A stretch of DNA of 63,988 nt, the filler included, from an uncultured bacterium (GTDB lineage Bacteria > CAYJOG01): NCBI GenBank assembly GCA_964371695.1. It is 4 parts of 4 records of this genome, joined end to end, with 100 filler letters (N's around TTAATTAATTAA, not from the genome) between each part and the next. Parts side by side here need not be neighbours in the genome. Positions count along the whole stretch, not along the records: positions 18,988 to 37,493 come from CAYJOG010000008.1; positions 37,594 to 55,808 come from CAYJOG010000009.1; 2 more parts are not named here. One strand, written 5' to 3'. The position numbers and the translations under genes were made by a program. Below are positions 32,002 through 42,230 of this stretch, piece by piece (the first letter of the stretch is position 1; each line of letters begins with the position of its first letter). The notes below the pieces were generated by a model, which worked only from the letters and a program-made list of their open reading frames with translations, made no database searches and was not told the origin of the DNA.

Positions 32002-32910
32002 CTAAATCCCAAGCTCCCCGCGCCACCAGTCGATGGTTTCTGACAGACCATCTTCGAGCGAAAAACGGGGGGTGAAACCCACTTCATGTTTCAGGCGGGT
32101 CACGTCGGCCAGAATCTGTGGGGGTTCTTCTTCGCGGGCGGCGATGGCGCCGGGCAAGAGCAGGTCTTCGCGCCCCAGCAGCCGGGCGATGGTACGGGTG
32201 ACTTTTTTGAGCGACACCGCTTCACCGCTGGCGATGTTCACCGCGCCTTCCACCTCGCTGGCCAAAAGCGCCACCAGGCCCCCCGCCACGTCCTCAACAT
32301 GCAGCAGATCGCGCAACTGGCCGCCGTGGGTGGTGCGGGCTTCTTCGCCCCGCAGCAGGTGGGTGATCACCGAGGCCACCAGACGGGTGGGGTTTTCGTG
32401 GGGGCCGTAGAGAAAAAACACCCGCCCCCAGGCGTGGCTCAGGCCCGTCTGGCGTGAGAACGCCCCCAGCACCTGGCGCAGGCTGTTTTTGCACACGCCA
32501 TAAAGCGTGGCCGGGCGCAGGGGTGTGTGGGCCTCGTGGCACATTTCGCCGCCCCAGTCATATTCCGCGCAACTGCCCGCCACCACCACCCGCCTGCCCC
32601 CCGCGCTCTGAAAACGCCGTATCAGGTGCAGGCTCGCGGCCACCCAGTCCAGGTTTTCGGGGCTTGTCCAGTACTCACCGGGCGAGGTGGTCCAGGCCAA
32701 GTGCAGCAGATGGGTGGGCCGGTGGCGGTTGAGCACGTCTTCCACGGCGCGGGCGTTCATCAGGTCCACGGTTTCATAGGCCGCGTCCAGTTCCGGCGGC
32801 GGATCGTCCACCCCCACGCCCACCACGTCAAAACCCCGCGCCAAAAGCGTCGGGGCCGTTTGCCTGCCGATGAAACCACTCAAACCAGTCACCAGAACCT
32901 TGCCGGACAT
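32002..32910 (-). CDS. NAD-dependent epimerase/dehydratase (CDP-sugar type)
   Basis: VLVTGLSGFIG, HLAW, GSCAEY, YGVCK, RDLLHVEDVA. Confidence 0.9.
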   Translation of the reverse strand: MSGKVLVTGLSGFIGRQTAPTLLARGFDVVGVGVDDPPPELDAAYETVDLMNARAVEDVLNRHRPTHLLHLAWTTSPGEYWTSPENLDWVAASLHLIRRFQSAGGRRVVVAGSCAEYDWGGEMCHEAHTPLRPATLYGVCKNSLRQVLGAFSRQTGLSHAWGRVFFLYGPHENPTRLVASVITHLLRGEEARTTHGGQLRDLLHVEDVAGGLVALLASEVEGAVNIASGEAVSLKKVTRTIARLLGREDLLLPGAIAAREEEPPQILADVTRLKHEVGFTPRFSLEDGLSETIDWWRGELGI

Positions 32911-32971
32911 GTGGTTATTGTCGCACGAACCAGCGCCGAAATGCGCCATTCCGGCGCCACCGCCAGTTTAT

Positions 32972-33520
32972 TAGAGCGTTTTCGGAAATGGCAGAGCATT
33001 GACTGAGGCTTCCTGTCCAAACCTTGGCCAACCCGCCGTCATTCCCGCGAAAGCGGGAATCCAGTTGAAATAAAAACGCAAAAAAACCTTTGTCTTTTTT
33101 CATTTGGTGGGGCAGGCATCCTGCCTGCCTTTTATATGAACGCAGGCAAGACCACAGGCGGGGACGCCCATTGCTGTCAGGTTTATGAAGAAAGCAAAGG
33201 AATTGCAAGGGTTTTTTAACGTAGCCCCGGCGTCCCGCCGGGAGGATCAACCGCGCCGAAGGCGCGTACCAATTTGTCTTTTTTCTTATTTCCCTGAAAA
33301 ACTTCTGTTTTGTGCCGCCTGCGGCGGTTTTTTTCTCCCGGCGGGACGCCGGGGCTACCAGTAACCTTACGGCAATGGGCGGGGACGCCTGTGGCTACTC
33401 GCGCCACCAGAACTGGTTTTTGCTTTTTGTCCTGACTGGATTCCCGCTTTCGCGGGAATGACGCCATCCAGGGCGGGGCTTTCAGACGATGCATGACACA
33501 CCCATTCCGAAAATGCTCTA
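32972..33520. mobile_element. Complete family A MITE with a nested GTAG REP doublet
   Basis: Terminal IR TAGAGCGTTTTCGGAAATGG / CCATTCCGAAAATGCTCTA; inner family A pair at 33038-33064 and 33436-33462; nested inverted doublet 33221-33358. Confidence 0.85.
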
Positions 33521-33532
33521 AACTCAGGCCCC

Positions 33533-33943
33533 GTGGCCTCCAAACGAGTCTATGTCCCTCGGCAGCGAAACAGGCCCCCCGGCCTGTTTCAGGTGCATGG
33601 GCGCACGTTTGGCGTCATTCAACCCAAGGACATTCCCTCGGTGGAAGAACTGCGGGAGGCCTATCTGTCGTTCCGCCCGGCGCTGGACGACCTGACCCTG
33701 CCCCCCAATCCCAATCCGCCCCCCATGACTTCCACCGGCGAGGAACTCATCATGGGTGAACTGCCCGAAGTGCTGATGCCGGAGTTTGACGACATGCGCG
33801 AACCCAACGAACTGCTGGAGGCCCGCGAGCAGCCCGAAACCTTCTTCAAGTGGGAGGGCGGCATGTTGCAGCTCAAGGGCAAAACATTTTCTGCCGAGCA
33901 GGTGGCCGACATCATGAAGGTGTGGATCGCCCAGGACGAATAA
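33533..33943 (+). CDS. Hypothetical acidic protein
   Basis: Host-like codon usage; fills the gap between the MITE and a convergent gene. Confidence 0.65.
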   Translation: MASKRVYVPRQRNRPPGLFQVHGRTFGVIQPKDIPSVEELREAYLSFRPALDDLTLPPNPNPPPMTSTGEELIMGELPEVLMPEFDDMREPNELLEAREQPETFFKWEGGMLQLKGKTFSAEQVADIMKVWIAQDE

Positions 33944-33965
33944 CCGGGGCCGTTCGCCACAGCGC

Positions 33966-34871
33966 CTACGGTTTCAGCGCCAACTTGAAGGCTTCAAACT
34001 CCTTGAGCCAGCCCTGGGCCTGTTTGGCCTGGATGTATTTCACGAAATCGTCGTAATCCTTGGCGCTGGTGGGGATGACTTCTCCCTTGATGCGATTGAG
34101 AAGCGGCAGAATGGGGCGGATGGCCGGGTGGTTGCGGGCCGCCGCCAGCCCCTGTTTGACATCGTTCATCACCTTGACGGGAATGTCCTTGCGAATGCTG
34201 ATAGGGGGCGAGGCAAAGGCATCTTTGCACACCAGGGGGCGCACCTCGTCCATCCAGGGGGGGCGGGCCGTTTGCAGCAGGTGATAGGTGATGCTGCCCG
34301 CCATCACCGCGTCGGTCTGGCCCGCCGCCAGACTGGTAAACGCCGCGCCGCTGGCCTGCAGGGACTTCATCTGCGAGAAAAACCCCATGGGCGCGCGGCC
34401 CAGGATTTCGCGCAGCTTGAGGTAGGTGAGCAGTTCCGGCGCCGAGGTGAGCCGCTTGCCCTTGAGATCTGCCGGGCTGGTGATGAGCGCCCTTTTCTGC
34501 ACAAACAGGCAATATCGCACCATGTCGTCGCCCATCACCGAAAAACGCATGGAGGGCACGTAACCCGATTTGATGGCCTGCATGGATTCGTGGTAATCGG
34601 TGCTGAAAAAAAAGTCGGGTCGCTCTTTGGTCAGCACCGGCTGAAGGGGGCCATCCAGATAACGCATGGACATGTCATAACCCGTCAGGCTTTGCAGGGC
34701 CTTGAAATAGGCGTCCATCACTGCCTGCAACTGGGCGCGTTCGTTGCGGTTGGCGTCCATCATGCGCACCACGCCACGCAGAGGCTTGCCCGCCGCCTGA
34801 GCCGCCGGGCTGGCCACAAGGGCAAGCAGCAGCAGCAGGGCAAAAAAAGTCTTATGGCGGGTCAGGCGCAC
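33966..34871 (-). CDS. PhnD/SsuA-like periplasmic substrate-binding protein
   Basis: Signal peptide; ITSPADLKGKRL; LAAGQTDAV; GTG 6 nt after TACAAT. Confidence 0.7.
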   Translation of the reverse strand: MRLTRHKTFFALLLLLALVASPAAQAAGKPLRGVVRMMDANRNERAQLQAVMDAYFKALQSLTGYDMSMRYLDGPLQPVLTKERPDFFFSTDYHESMQAIKSGYVPSMRFSVMGDDMVRYCLFVQKRALITSPADLKGKRLTSAPELLTYLKLREILGRAPMGFFSQMKSLQASGAAFTSLAAGQTDAVMAGSITYHLLQTARPPWMDEVRPLVCKDAFASPPISIRKDIPVKVMNDVKQGLAAARNHPAIRPILPLLNRIKGEVIPTSAKDYDDFVKYIQAKQAQGWLKEFEAFKLALKP

Positions 34872-34982
34872 CGGGGCATTGTACCCCGCTGCAAGAATTT
34901 GCCTCAAAAGTCTGTCGTGGACTTTTGAACTCCCCGCCCCCGGCGGCGTAAAAACTCCTGCCGGGTTGGCTACACTGCGCCC

Positions 34983-35729
34983 ATGCGGCCGGACTGGTGG
35001 TTTTATGGCGTGGTGTTCTGCGCCAATCTGGTAGAGGCCGTGGCCGGGTTTGGCAGCACGGTGATTGCGCTGACCATCGGGGCCAACGCCTATGCCATCA
35101 CCGACATGGTGCCCGTGCTGGCCCCCATGAACATTGTGCTGAGCGGCCTTTTGGTGGCCCGCCACACCCAACACGTCAACCGGCGGGTGCTGTTTGGGGC
35201 GATTCTGCCCCTGGTGGGTCTGGGGGCAGTGGTGGGGGCGGCGGTGGCCTCTCGCGCCGAGGGCAAGGCCCTGAAGCTGGCCTATGGCCTGCTGGTGATG
35301 GGCCTGGCTGCCAGCTCGTTGTGGCGGCTTTTGCGCCCTGCGCCTGCGGCCCTGCGGCCTCCGCCCCCGGCTTGGCGTGGCTGGTTGTGGCTGCTGGCGG
35401 GCGGCGTGGTGCAGGGTATCTATCTGTCGGGCGGGCCTTTGGTGGTGATTTTCGCCAGCCAGCAACTCAAGGACAAAACCGAGTTTCGCAGCACGTTGTC
35501 GTCGTTGTGGCTGCTGGTGAACATCGTGATGACCGGCTGGTATTTCTCGCAGGGGGCGGTCACGGCTCACACGCTCAAAACCAGCGCGCTGTTGCTCGTG
35601 CCCGTGCTGCTGGGGCTGATGGTGGGCGAGCGCGTACACCACCGCATTCACGAGGCCACGTTCCGCAAAGGGGTGTTCGGCCTGCTGTTTTTTTCGGGCA
35701 GCGCACTGGTGGCGGGGGCGCTACGGTAG
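34983..35729 (+). CDS. TauE/SafE family sulfite exporter
   Basis: VEAVAGFGS, SGGPLVV, FRSTL; about 8 TM helices. Confidence 0.85.
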   Translation: MRPDWWFYGVVFCANLVEAVAGFGSTVIALTIGANAYAITDMVPVLAPMNIVLSGLLVARHTQHVNRRVLFGAILPLVGLGAVVGAAVASRAEGKALKLAYGLLVMGLAASSLWRLLRPAPAALRPPPPAWRGWLWLLAGGVVQGIYLSGGPLVVIFASQQLKDKTEFRSTLSSLWLLVNIVMTGWYFSQGAVTAHTLKTSALLLVPVLLGLMVGERVHHRIHEATFRKGVFGLLFFSGSALVAGALR

Positions 35730-35937
35730 GCGGTTGAGGGCGTCCATTCCCGTGATTGTTCGCCTTGCCTGAGTAGCGGCGGTGTCCCCACCGCCGTCAG
35801 TAAAAAACTCAAGCCTATTAAAATCGTTTGTGCGCGGTGTGGACACCGCGCCTACTCCCAAAAAGCCTCAAATCCTTGATTCTGTTTCAACCCTGACGGC
35901 ACTGGCCGCCTGCGGTGCGGCGTGTTATAACCCCCCC

Positions 35938-37356
35938 ATGGACAAGACAGACGAAACGGGTTTTGTGCTGGTGCGTCAGGGTGGGGCCCAGGCGCTCACG
36001 CCGGGCCAGATTGTGGCGCACCTGGACCAGCACATCGTGGGTCAGGCCGCCGCCAAGCGGGCCGTGGCGGTGGCGCTGCGCAACCGCCTGCGCCGCCAGC
36101 GGCTGGATGACGACCTGCAAAAAGAAGTCATGCCCAAGAACATCCTCATGATCGGCCCCACCGGCGTGGGCAAGACCGAAATCGCCCGGCGGCTGGCGGC
36201 GTTGTGCCACGCGCCGTTCATCAAAGTCGAGGTCACACGTTTTACCGAGGTGGGTTATGTGGGCCGCGACGTGGAGAGTCTGGTGCGGGATCTGGTGCAG
36301 GCGTCGCTGGCGATGGTGAGCACCGAAAAAGAGGAAACCCACCGCGAGGCCGCCGAAAAAGCCGCCACAGAAGACCTGCTGGACCTCCTGCATCCCCTGC
36401 CCCAGGGGCCGCCCCCCACCACGGCGGGGGACGAAAGCGAAAACCAGCATTTCCGTCAGGCCGAGCGCATCCGCAAACGCCTCATGGCCCAGTTGCAGGC
36501 TGGCGAAATTGAGCACTGGACAGTGGACCTGGACACCGAAGAGGCCCAGGGCAGTGCGCGGGTGGTGGACGTGTTCACCGGCCAGGGCATGGAGGACATG
36601 GGCAATCAGGTGCAGGAAATGCTGGCGAACTTTTTGCCCAAACGCACGCGGCGGCGCACGGTGACGGTGAAGGAAGCCCGGCGGATTCTGACCCAGCAGC
36701 AGTTCCAGCGGCTGCTGAACCAGGAGGACCTCACCGCCGAGGCCATCACCCGCGCCGAGCAGACGGGCATCGTGTTTCTGGATGAGTTCGACAAAATCGC
36801 CGTGCCCAAGGGGGGGCCGGGGGGCAGCGGGCCGGACATCAGCCGCGAAGGCGTGCAGCGCGACCTGTTGCCCATCATCGAAGGGGCCACGGTGAACACG
36901 CGACACGGCGCGGTGCGCACCGATCACGTTCTGTTCATCGCCGCCGGTGCGTTTCACTACGCCAAACCCAGCGATCTGATTCCCGAACTCCAGGGCCGCA
37001 TGCCCATCCGCGTGGAGCTGGACTCACTCACCGAAAAGGACTTCGTGCGCATCCTCACCGAACCCAAGGCCAGCCTGCTGGCGCAATACTGCGCGCTCTT
37101 GGCCACCGACGGCGTGGCGCTGCGTTTCACCGAAGACGGCGTGGCGGAAATCGCCCGGCTGGCCTTTGAGGTGAACCGCAAAACCGAAGACATCGGCGCA
37201 CGGCGGCTGCACGCCCTGCTGGAGCGCACGCTGGAAGACGTGTTGTTCAGCGCGCCCGACGAAACCACCGGCGAGGTGGTGGTGGACAAAGCCTTTGTGG
37301 CGTGGCGTCTGAAAGACCTGGCGGGCAACACCGACAGGTCGCGGTTTGTGCTTTAG
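35938..37356 (+). CDS. hslU: ATP-dependent protease ATPase subunit HslU
   Basis: PKNILMIGPTGVGKTEIARRLA, FTEVGYVGRDVES, SREGVQRDLLP, IGARRLH, C-terminal SRFVL. Confidence 0.97.
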   Translation: MDKTDETGFVLVRQGGAQALTPGQIVAHLDQHIVGQAAAKRAVAVALRNRLRRQRLDDDLQKEVMPKNILMIGPTGVGKTEIARRLAALCHAPFIKVEVTRFTEVGYVGRDVESLVRDLVQASLAMVSTEKEETHREAAEKAATEDLLDLLHPLPQGPPPTTAGDESENQHFRQAERIRKRLMAQLQAGEIEHWTVDLDTEEAQGSARVVDVFTGQGMEDMGNQVQEMLANFLPKRTRRRTVTVKEARRILTQQQFQRLLNQEDLTAEAITRAEQTGIVFLDEFDKIAVPKGGPGGSGPDISREGVQRDLLPIIEGATVNTRHGAVRTDHVLFIAAGAFHYAKPSDLIPELQGRMPIRVELDSLTEKDFVRILTEPKASLLAQYCALLATDGVALRFTEDGVAEIARLAFEVNRKTEDIGARRLHALLERTLEDVLFSAPDETTGEVVVDKAFVAWRLKDLAGNTDRSRFVL

Positions 37357-37493
37357 AGTATTTTCGGAAATGGTAGAACAAAAGCGGGGCGATCCTTCAC
37401 CTCTCCCCTTGAGGGAGAGGTCGGATGGCTTGGCCCCATATGGCCAACGCAACCGGGGAATTGGGGCGGGGGGGGTTTTTGGGGTGCGGCAGC
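37354..37493. repeat. Family A terminal repeat plus family B hairpin at contig end
   Basis: TAGAGTATTTTCGGAAATGG overlaps the hslU stop; CCTCTCCCCTTGAGGGAGAGG follows. Confidence 0.75.
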
Positions 37494-37593
37494 NNNNNNN
37501 NNNNNNNNNNNNNNNNNNNNNNNNNNNNNNNNNNNNNTTAATTAATTAANNNNNNNNNNNNNNNNNNNNNNNNNNNNNNNNNNNNNNNNNNNN
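37494..37593. other. Artificial contig linker
   Basis: N runs flanking TTAATTAATTAA. Confidence 0.98.
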
Positions 37594-37663
37594 TTGGTCA
37601 ATACCACCCTCTCCCATCTGACGACGGGAGAGGGTAAAGAGCGGCGGCGTTCCTTCGCCGGCA

Positions 37664-38962
37664 TTAACCCGCCACTGTCACGCCGCCCAGGCGCAAATAG
37701 GCCGGGCCGTGATAAAACTCGCGCTGCACTGTTTCGCGGCTTAAGCGCAGGTGACGGAACGCCTGGGGCAGCAGGCCGGTGATGCTGCCGCCTTTCACCG
37801 GAATCCGTTTGCCGTTTTTCAGGTAATGGCCAAAACGGATTTCGGCGCTGAAAGCCCCGGTGACCTCGTTGGGCTGGATGGTGGAAAAATCGGTGAGCAC
37901 CAGCAGGCCGTCTTCTTTGAGCCAGTCTTTGGCGCGGCCCGTGCCGGGGGCCACCACCAGATTGCTGGCTTCGCCCGTGACGGGCACACCGGCGTAATCG
38001 GCCCAGGGCTTGGGGGCCAGATGCTGCACAAACCGGTTGTTGTCGATCAGCGCAAAGGGCTTGAGCAGACATCCCATGCTGTCAAAACGCCGCGAGCCCA
38101 TGGCCCCCGGCAGCCGGGGGTCCACGGTGATATAAAGCGGGTCGCCTTCCATTTTTTTGAACACTGGCTCGCCGGTTGCAAAACCGCTCCAACCCTCAAA
38201 CCTGGCCTGGGCACCGCCCTGGCCGGTGAAAAAATCAAACAATGTGTCCAGCGCAACGCCGCCCAGCACCACATCGCGCCTGCCGCTGGGGGGCAGGGCG
38301 GCCCGGCGCAGTTCACGGGCCACGTGGGCGGTTTCCGCCACCCAGTTTTCCAGTTCCAGCGCCCGGCCCAGACGCCTGCGGGTGGCGAAAAAGCATTCGG
38401 TTTCTTCGCGGGGGCAGCGGGCGTCGCCGGCCACCACCGTGAACTCCACCATCCACTCCTCACGGGGTTCGTGCAGCACCACCCCCCGGCTGTTGAGCAC
38501 ACTCACCAGGGCTTTTTGCTGCCACAGTTCGCTCTGGGCCATGCGCACGCCTTTTTGCGCCTGGGCGGCGCGGCTGAGCCTGCGCCAGTGGTTGAGCACG
38601 TTCTGGGGGCTGGGGGGCGTGACGGTTTTTTCTTGGGCCAGCGCGGCGCTGGTTTTGTCGGGCAGGGCAAAAGCGGGGTTGTCCACCAGCGCCGCCCACT
38701 GCAGGGCGCGGACAAGCCGGGGTTTGAAATCAGAAAAATCTGCGCCGAACGAAAAACCGGACTGGCCGGTGCGGCCGTTTCCCCGGTCCACATAAACCGT
38801 GAGCTGATGATTGACCTGACCCTGGCAGCGCAGGGTTTCCACCGTGTTTTCCACGGCATAGACCTGGGCGTCGTGGGCCAGCGTGCGGCGCAGGGTGAAG
38901 TCTCGCCAGCCCTGGGTCTGATGCAGTTGTTTGAGAATGGGAGAAAGGGAGCCGTGTGTCAT
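37664..38962 (-). CDS. TldE/PmbA-like protein
   Basis: Directly downstream of tldD; SRRFDSMG, SNLVVAPG, TGAFSAEIRFG, IPVKGGSITG; no HExxxH. Confidence 0.8.
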   Translation of the reverse strand: MTHGSLSPILKQLHQTQGWRDFTLRRTLAHDAQVYAVENTVETLRCQGQVNHQLTVYVDRGNGRTGQSGFSFGADFSDFKPRLVRALQWAALVDNPAFALPDKTSAALAQEKTVTPPSPQNVLNHWRRLSRAAQAQKGVRMAQSELWQQKALVSVLNSRGVVLHEPREEWMVEFTVVAGDARCPREETECFFATRRRLGRALELENWVAETAHVARELRRAALPPSGRRDVVLGGVALDTLFDFFTGQGGAQARFEGWSGFATGEPVFKKMEGDPLYITVDPRLPGAMGSRRFDSMGCLLKPFALIDNNRFVQHLAPKPWADYAGVPVTGEASNLVVAPGTGRAKDWLKEDGLLVLTDFSTIQPNEVTGAFSAEIRFGHYLKNGKRIPVKGGSITGLLPQAFRHLRLSRETVQREFYHGPAYLRLGGVTVAG

Positions 38963-38999
38963 TTTTTTCCTCTGGTTTTTATTCACCCTGGCGGCGCGC

Positions 39000-40388
39000 T
39001 CACGCCACACGCGCCGTGCAGAGCAGGTGGGGGCCGCCGTCGGTCACCTTCACCCACTCCTTGTGGCCCTTGCCGCAAAAACCCAGGCCGCCGATTTCCA
39101 GTTTGTCGCCCACCATCTCAATGCTTTGCAGGATGTCTGGCACATAACCCGTGATGATGACGGGGCTGAACACCTTGCCGGTGAAACGCCCGTTTTTCAC
39201 CTCGCGGGCCATCAGCGCCTCCACCTGTATGCCCCAGCCCTTGGGGTCTTCCATGCCGTTGGTGGGATAGTCAATATAAAGTCCGTCGCCCAGGGATTTC
39301 ATCATGGCCGCGAGGCTGTGGGGCCCCGGCTCGAAATAGGTGTTGGTCATGCGGGTATAGGCCTTGTGAAACACGTTTTCGCGCCTGCCGTTGCTGCTGG
39401 GGGTGATGCCCAGTTTGAGCGCGCTCAGGCGGTCGCTGATGGGGCCGTTGAGCACGCCGTGCTGCACGATGTGGGTGTGGGTGGCGGGCGTGCCCTCGTG
39501 ATCGAAAAAGAAACTGGCGGCCTCGCCGGGCAGCGCCGGGCTGTCCACCATGCCCACCAGCGGCCCGGCCATCACCTCGCCCAGATAATGGGCGCCGCTG
39601 CCCCGACCCCGCACAAACATGTCCGCCTCCATGCCGTGACCAAACGCCTCGTGGGCCAGCATGCCCGCCACGCCGGGCGAGAGAATGCAGCGCCGGGCCC
39701 CGCCCCGCAGGCGCTCTGCCCCCAGCAGGGCCAGGCCGTCTTTCACCAGCCGCTTGCCAAGCGCGTCAGGAATACTCAGCGCGTCCAGCCCCGCCACCGA
39801 GCCGCCGCCATAAATCTCGCTGTTGTTTTCGCCTTCGCGGAAAATGAGAAACACCACGTGCTCGCTGCGCAGCAGGTGTTGGGTTTTGATTTCGCGGGTG
39901 CTCACAAAAACCTCGCGGGTTTCATGCACCCCCAGGCGCACCACCCGCTCCACAATGCGTTTGTCCAGACGGCCAATGCGCTCGCCCTGAGCCGTGGCCC
40001 GCTGCAAAAGCGCGGCGGGGTCCACCTCGCTGAACTTTCCGGGTTGAGCAAAATCTTCGCGCAGGGGGGTTTTGGCTGGGGCCTGTTTTTGACCTTTGGC
40101 GCGAAAAGGCCCGGCGATTTTCTGGGTGTGGTGAATCAGCTCCTGCACGGTGCGGGTGAGGCCGTTTTCGTCCAGCCGGGCCGTGGCCCCTTCAAAAAGC
40201 CTGTCCCCCCGCCGGAGCGAAAACACCACCCCCTGCACCGAAGGGGGCGCGTCCAGCCCCTGCGTGCGAGACCGGGCGGTGGCGATGACGCCCTCCTTGG
40301 CCTGAAACAGCGCCCAAGACTCATCGCCGTGCTGGTCCAGCTCCCGGCAAAGGACGTGCAGATGTTTGAGGGTGCGCTCGGAAAACAT
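39000..40388 (-). CDS. tldD: TldD family metalloprotease
   Basis: HEAFGHGMEAD, FDHEG, RMTNTY, CGKGHKEWVKVTDGGP. Confidence 0.9.
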   Translation of the reverse strand: MFSERTLKHLHVLCRELDQHGDESWALFQAKEGVIATARSRTQGLDAPPSVQGVVFSLRRGDRLFEGATARLDENGLTRTVQELIHHTQKIAGPFRAKGQKQAPAKTPLREDFAQPGKFSEVDPAALLQRATAQGERIGRLDKRIVERVVRLGVHETREVFVSTREIKTQHLLRSEHVVFLIFREGENNSEIYGGGSVAGLDALSIPDALGKRLVKDGLALLGAERLRGGARRCILSPGVAGMLAHEAFGHGMEADMFVRGRGSGAHYLGEVMAGPLVGMVDSPALPGEAASFFFDHEGTPATHTHIVQHGVLNGPISDRLSALKLGITPSSNGRRENVFHKAYTRMTNTYFEPGPHSLAAMMKSLGDGLYIDYPTNGMEDPKGWGIQVEALMAREVKNGRFTGKVFSPVIITGYVPDILQSIEMVGDKLEIGGLGFCGKGHKEWVKVTDGGPHLLCTARVA

Positions 40389-40456
40389 GTGGGGATTTTA
40401 CGTCAATTTTTCCATCCGGCACCCATTAGTGTCGCATTGCGTGAGAAAGCATGAAA

Positions 40457-41101
40457 TCAAGAAGCAGACCGAAGAAATTCAACAAATTCTGTTGCCGATT
40501 TCCCTGTCCATTGAAAAACGTCTTTGTCAGCGGCAGCACCAAGATTTTTGGTTATGTCGTTTTTTGAAAGCACCCCTAAAAGCCATATCCTTATCTTTAT
40601 TTTTGAAAACATGAGGACAGCTCTTTCGTCATTTAAAATATGCCTGTATAGGAATATGGCTCCGACAAATCTCTCGGCCATGCTCAAAAAAATATTCGGA
40701 GAAATTGAGTCCAAAACAAGATCTTCTAAAGACCCTACACTTTTTCCTTCTGCATGAATTACTCTTACCCCGACAGTAATCCTCTCATTTGAGACGTGTG
40801 AACCGTTAGAAGAGGGAACAGGAAGAGAGAATTTTCCAAGCACAGCACAAACGCTCTGGAAAGCGGAATTAACAGATTCATCCGCGTCTCTCGTTATGAC
40901 AAGATTCGTCACCTTATGAAAATCAGAAAGATTTAATATTGTTTTTATCCCCTTCTCCAAACTATCTTTTCCTCCATACTCCATGACTTGCCAGTCATTT
41001 AAGTGAAATTTTCGCGCAATTGATTCAAAAACAGCCTTGTCGTCTTTCCCCTCACAGAAGATAAGCTTTTCTTTTTCTATTTCAATTTGATCGGCTTGCA
41101 T
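40457..41101 (-). CDS. DUF3226-like (TOPRIM-type) protein, partner of the AAA ATPase
   Basis: LIFCEGKDD, ITRDAD, GSLEDLVL; AT-rich; starts 1 nt after the ATPase stop. Confidence 0.75.
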   Translation of the reverse strand: MQADQIEIEKEKLIFCEGKDDKAVFESIARKFHLNDWQVMEYGGKDSLEKGIKTILNLSDFHKVTNLVITRDADESVNSAFQSVCAVLGKFSLPVPSSNGSHVSNERITVGVRVIHAEGKSVGSLEDLVLDSISPNIFLSMAERFVGAIFLYRHILNDERAVLMFSKIKIRIWLLGVLSKNDITKNLGAAADKDVFQWTGKSATEFVEFLRSAS

Positions 41102-41102
41102 A

Positions 41103-42227
41103 TCAGCGGACTTCCCATTTTCTCTCCATGGCAAACCCAAGCTCTTCTTTATCCAAAACACTCACGTCTACGCCATCGGCGCTTTGTCTGAAACTGTGAT
41201 TAAAGAGAAAGCCATCTGGAGCCACATTGTGAGCAGCCACAAGACACTCTCTGCTATGGGTTGTCGCAAATATTTGTGTGTTTGTTTTTTTTGCCAGCTC
41301 AAATATGACTTTCCAAACAGGTTCAAGTCCCTTGTAGTAAATTCCATTTTCAATTTCATCTATTAATAGAACTCCTCCGGGCACCAATAACAACCTCAGC
41401 AAAATTGCCAACAGACGACCAACACCTTCTCCCATAAAATCCATCGGAATCATTTTTTCCGTTCCAAGATCCGCTCTCAAATACGGAGTCGCTTCATCTT
41501 GGAGGCCCAGGGAAATTCGCCTCAATTTGGGTTCAAGAATTCGCATGGCCTCGATTAATGGATCGGCTTTCGACTCTCCCTCCAGTTTGCTGAAAATAGT
41601 AGCATTGTCTTTTGTCTGTATTCCTTTACTTGGAATTATTTGGACAGAACTCCTGTCCAAAATGTTGCTTTCTCCGCGTGTTCGTATTAGCCCATTTGGG
41701 AGAATGGATATTTTAATGTCGCCCGAAGAGCCAGGATGCCCGATTGAATAATAAATATTAAACTCTTTCTCGCGGGGCAGAATGGTTTCGATATCATCTA
41801 TTTCCTGAAAAAGAGACTCCGTGTCAATAAAATCTCTGTCCACATCTTCTCTGGTGGCGGCTGCTCTTTCGATAGAAATAGACACGGCTCTGGTGTCGTT
41901 GTTGCTTGTTTCAGATGTAATGCGTGAGGTTCCTGGGCATGATTCGTTAATGTACCAAGCTAATGTATTTTCAACGACGCTGCCTCTATCGCCAGATATT
42001 CGTGGAGTCGGTTGAAAAAGCCGTCGTTTTCGTTCGTGCCGGAAATCCCTCATTTTTGCAAGATCGAACAAAGCAAGTGAATCGGATGGGCTTAAAAGAA
42101 GATATATTGCCTCCAGAAACGCCGTTTTGCCGACGTTGTTTGGGCCTACAATCAAATTTACTTGTCCACAATTCAACGACAACTTTTTGATAGACCTGAA
42201 ATTTTCAATGTGAATGTTTTTAAGCAT
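41103..42227 (-). CDS. AAA_15/AAA_21 ABC-type ATPase (AT-rich)
   Basis: IENFRSI, Walker A GPNNVGKT, MGEG signature, Walker B LLIDEIENGI, ATTHS. Confidence 0.9.
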   Translation of the reverse strand: MLKNIHIENFRSIKKLSLNCGQVNLIVGPNNVGKTAFLEAIYLLLSPSDSLALFDLAKMRDFRHERKRRLFQPTPRISGDRGSVVENTLAWYINESCPGTSRITSETSNNDTRAVSISIERAAATREDVDRDFIDTESLFQEIDDIETILPREKEFNIYYSIGHPGSSGDIKISILPNGLIRTRGESNILDRSSVQIIPSKGIQTKDNATIFSKLEGESKADPLIEAMRILEPKLRRISLGLQDEATPYLRADLGTEKMIPMDFMGEGVGRLLAILLRLLLVPGGVLLIDEIENGIYYKGLEPVWKVIFELAKKTNTQIFATTHSRECLVAAHNVAPDGFLFNHSFRQSADGVDVSVLDKEELGFAMERKWEVR

Positions 42228-42230
42228 CTC

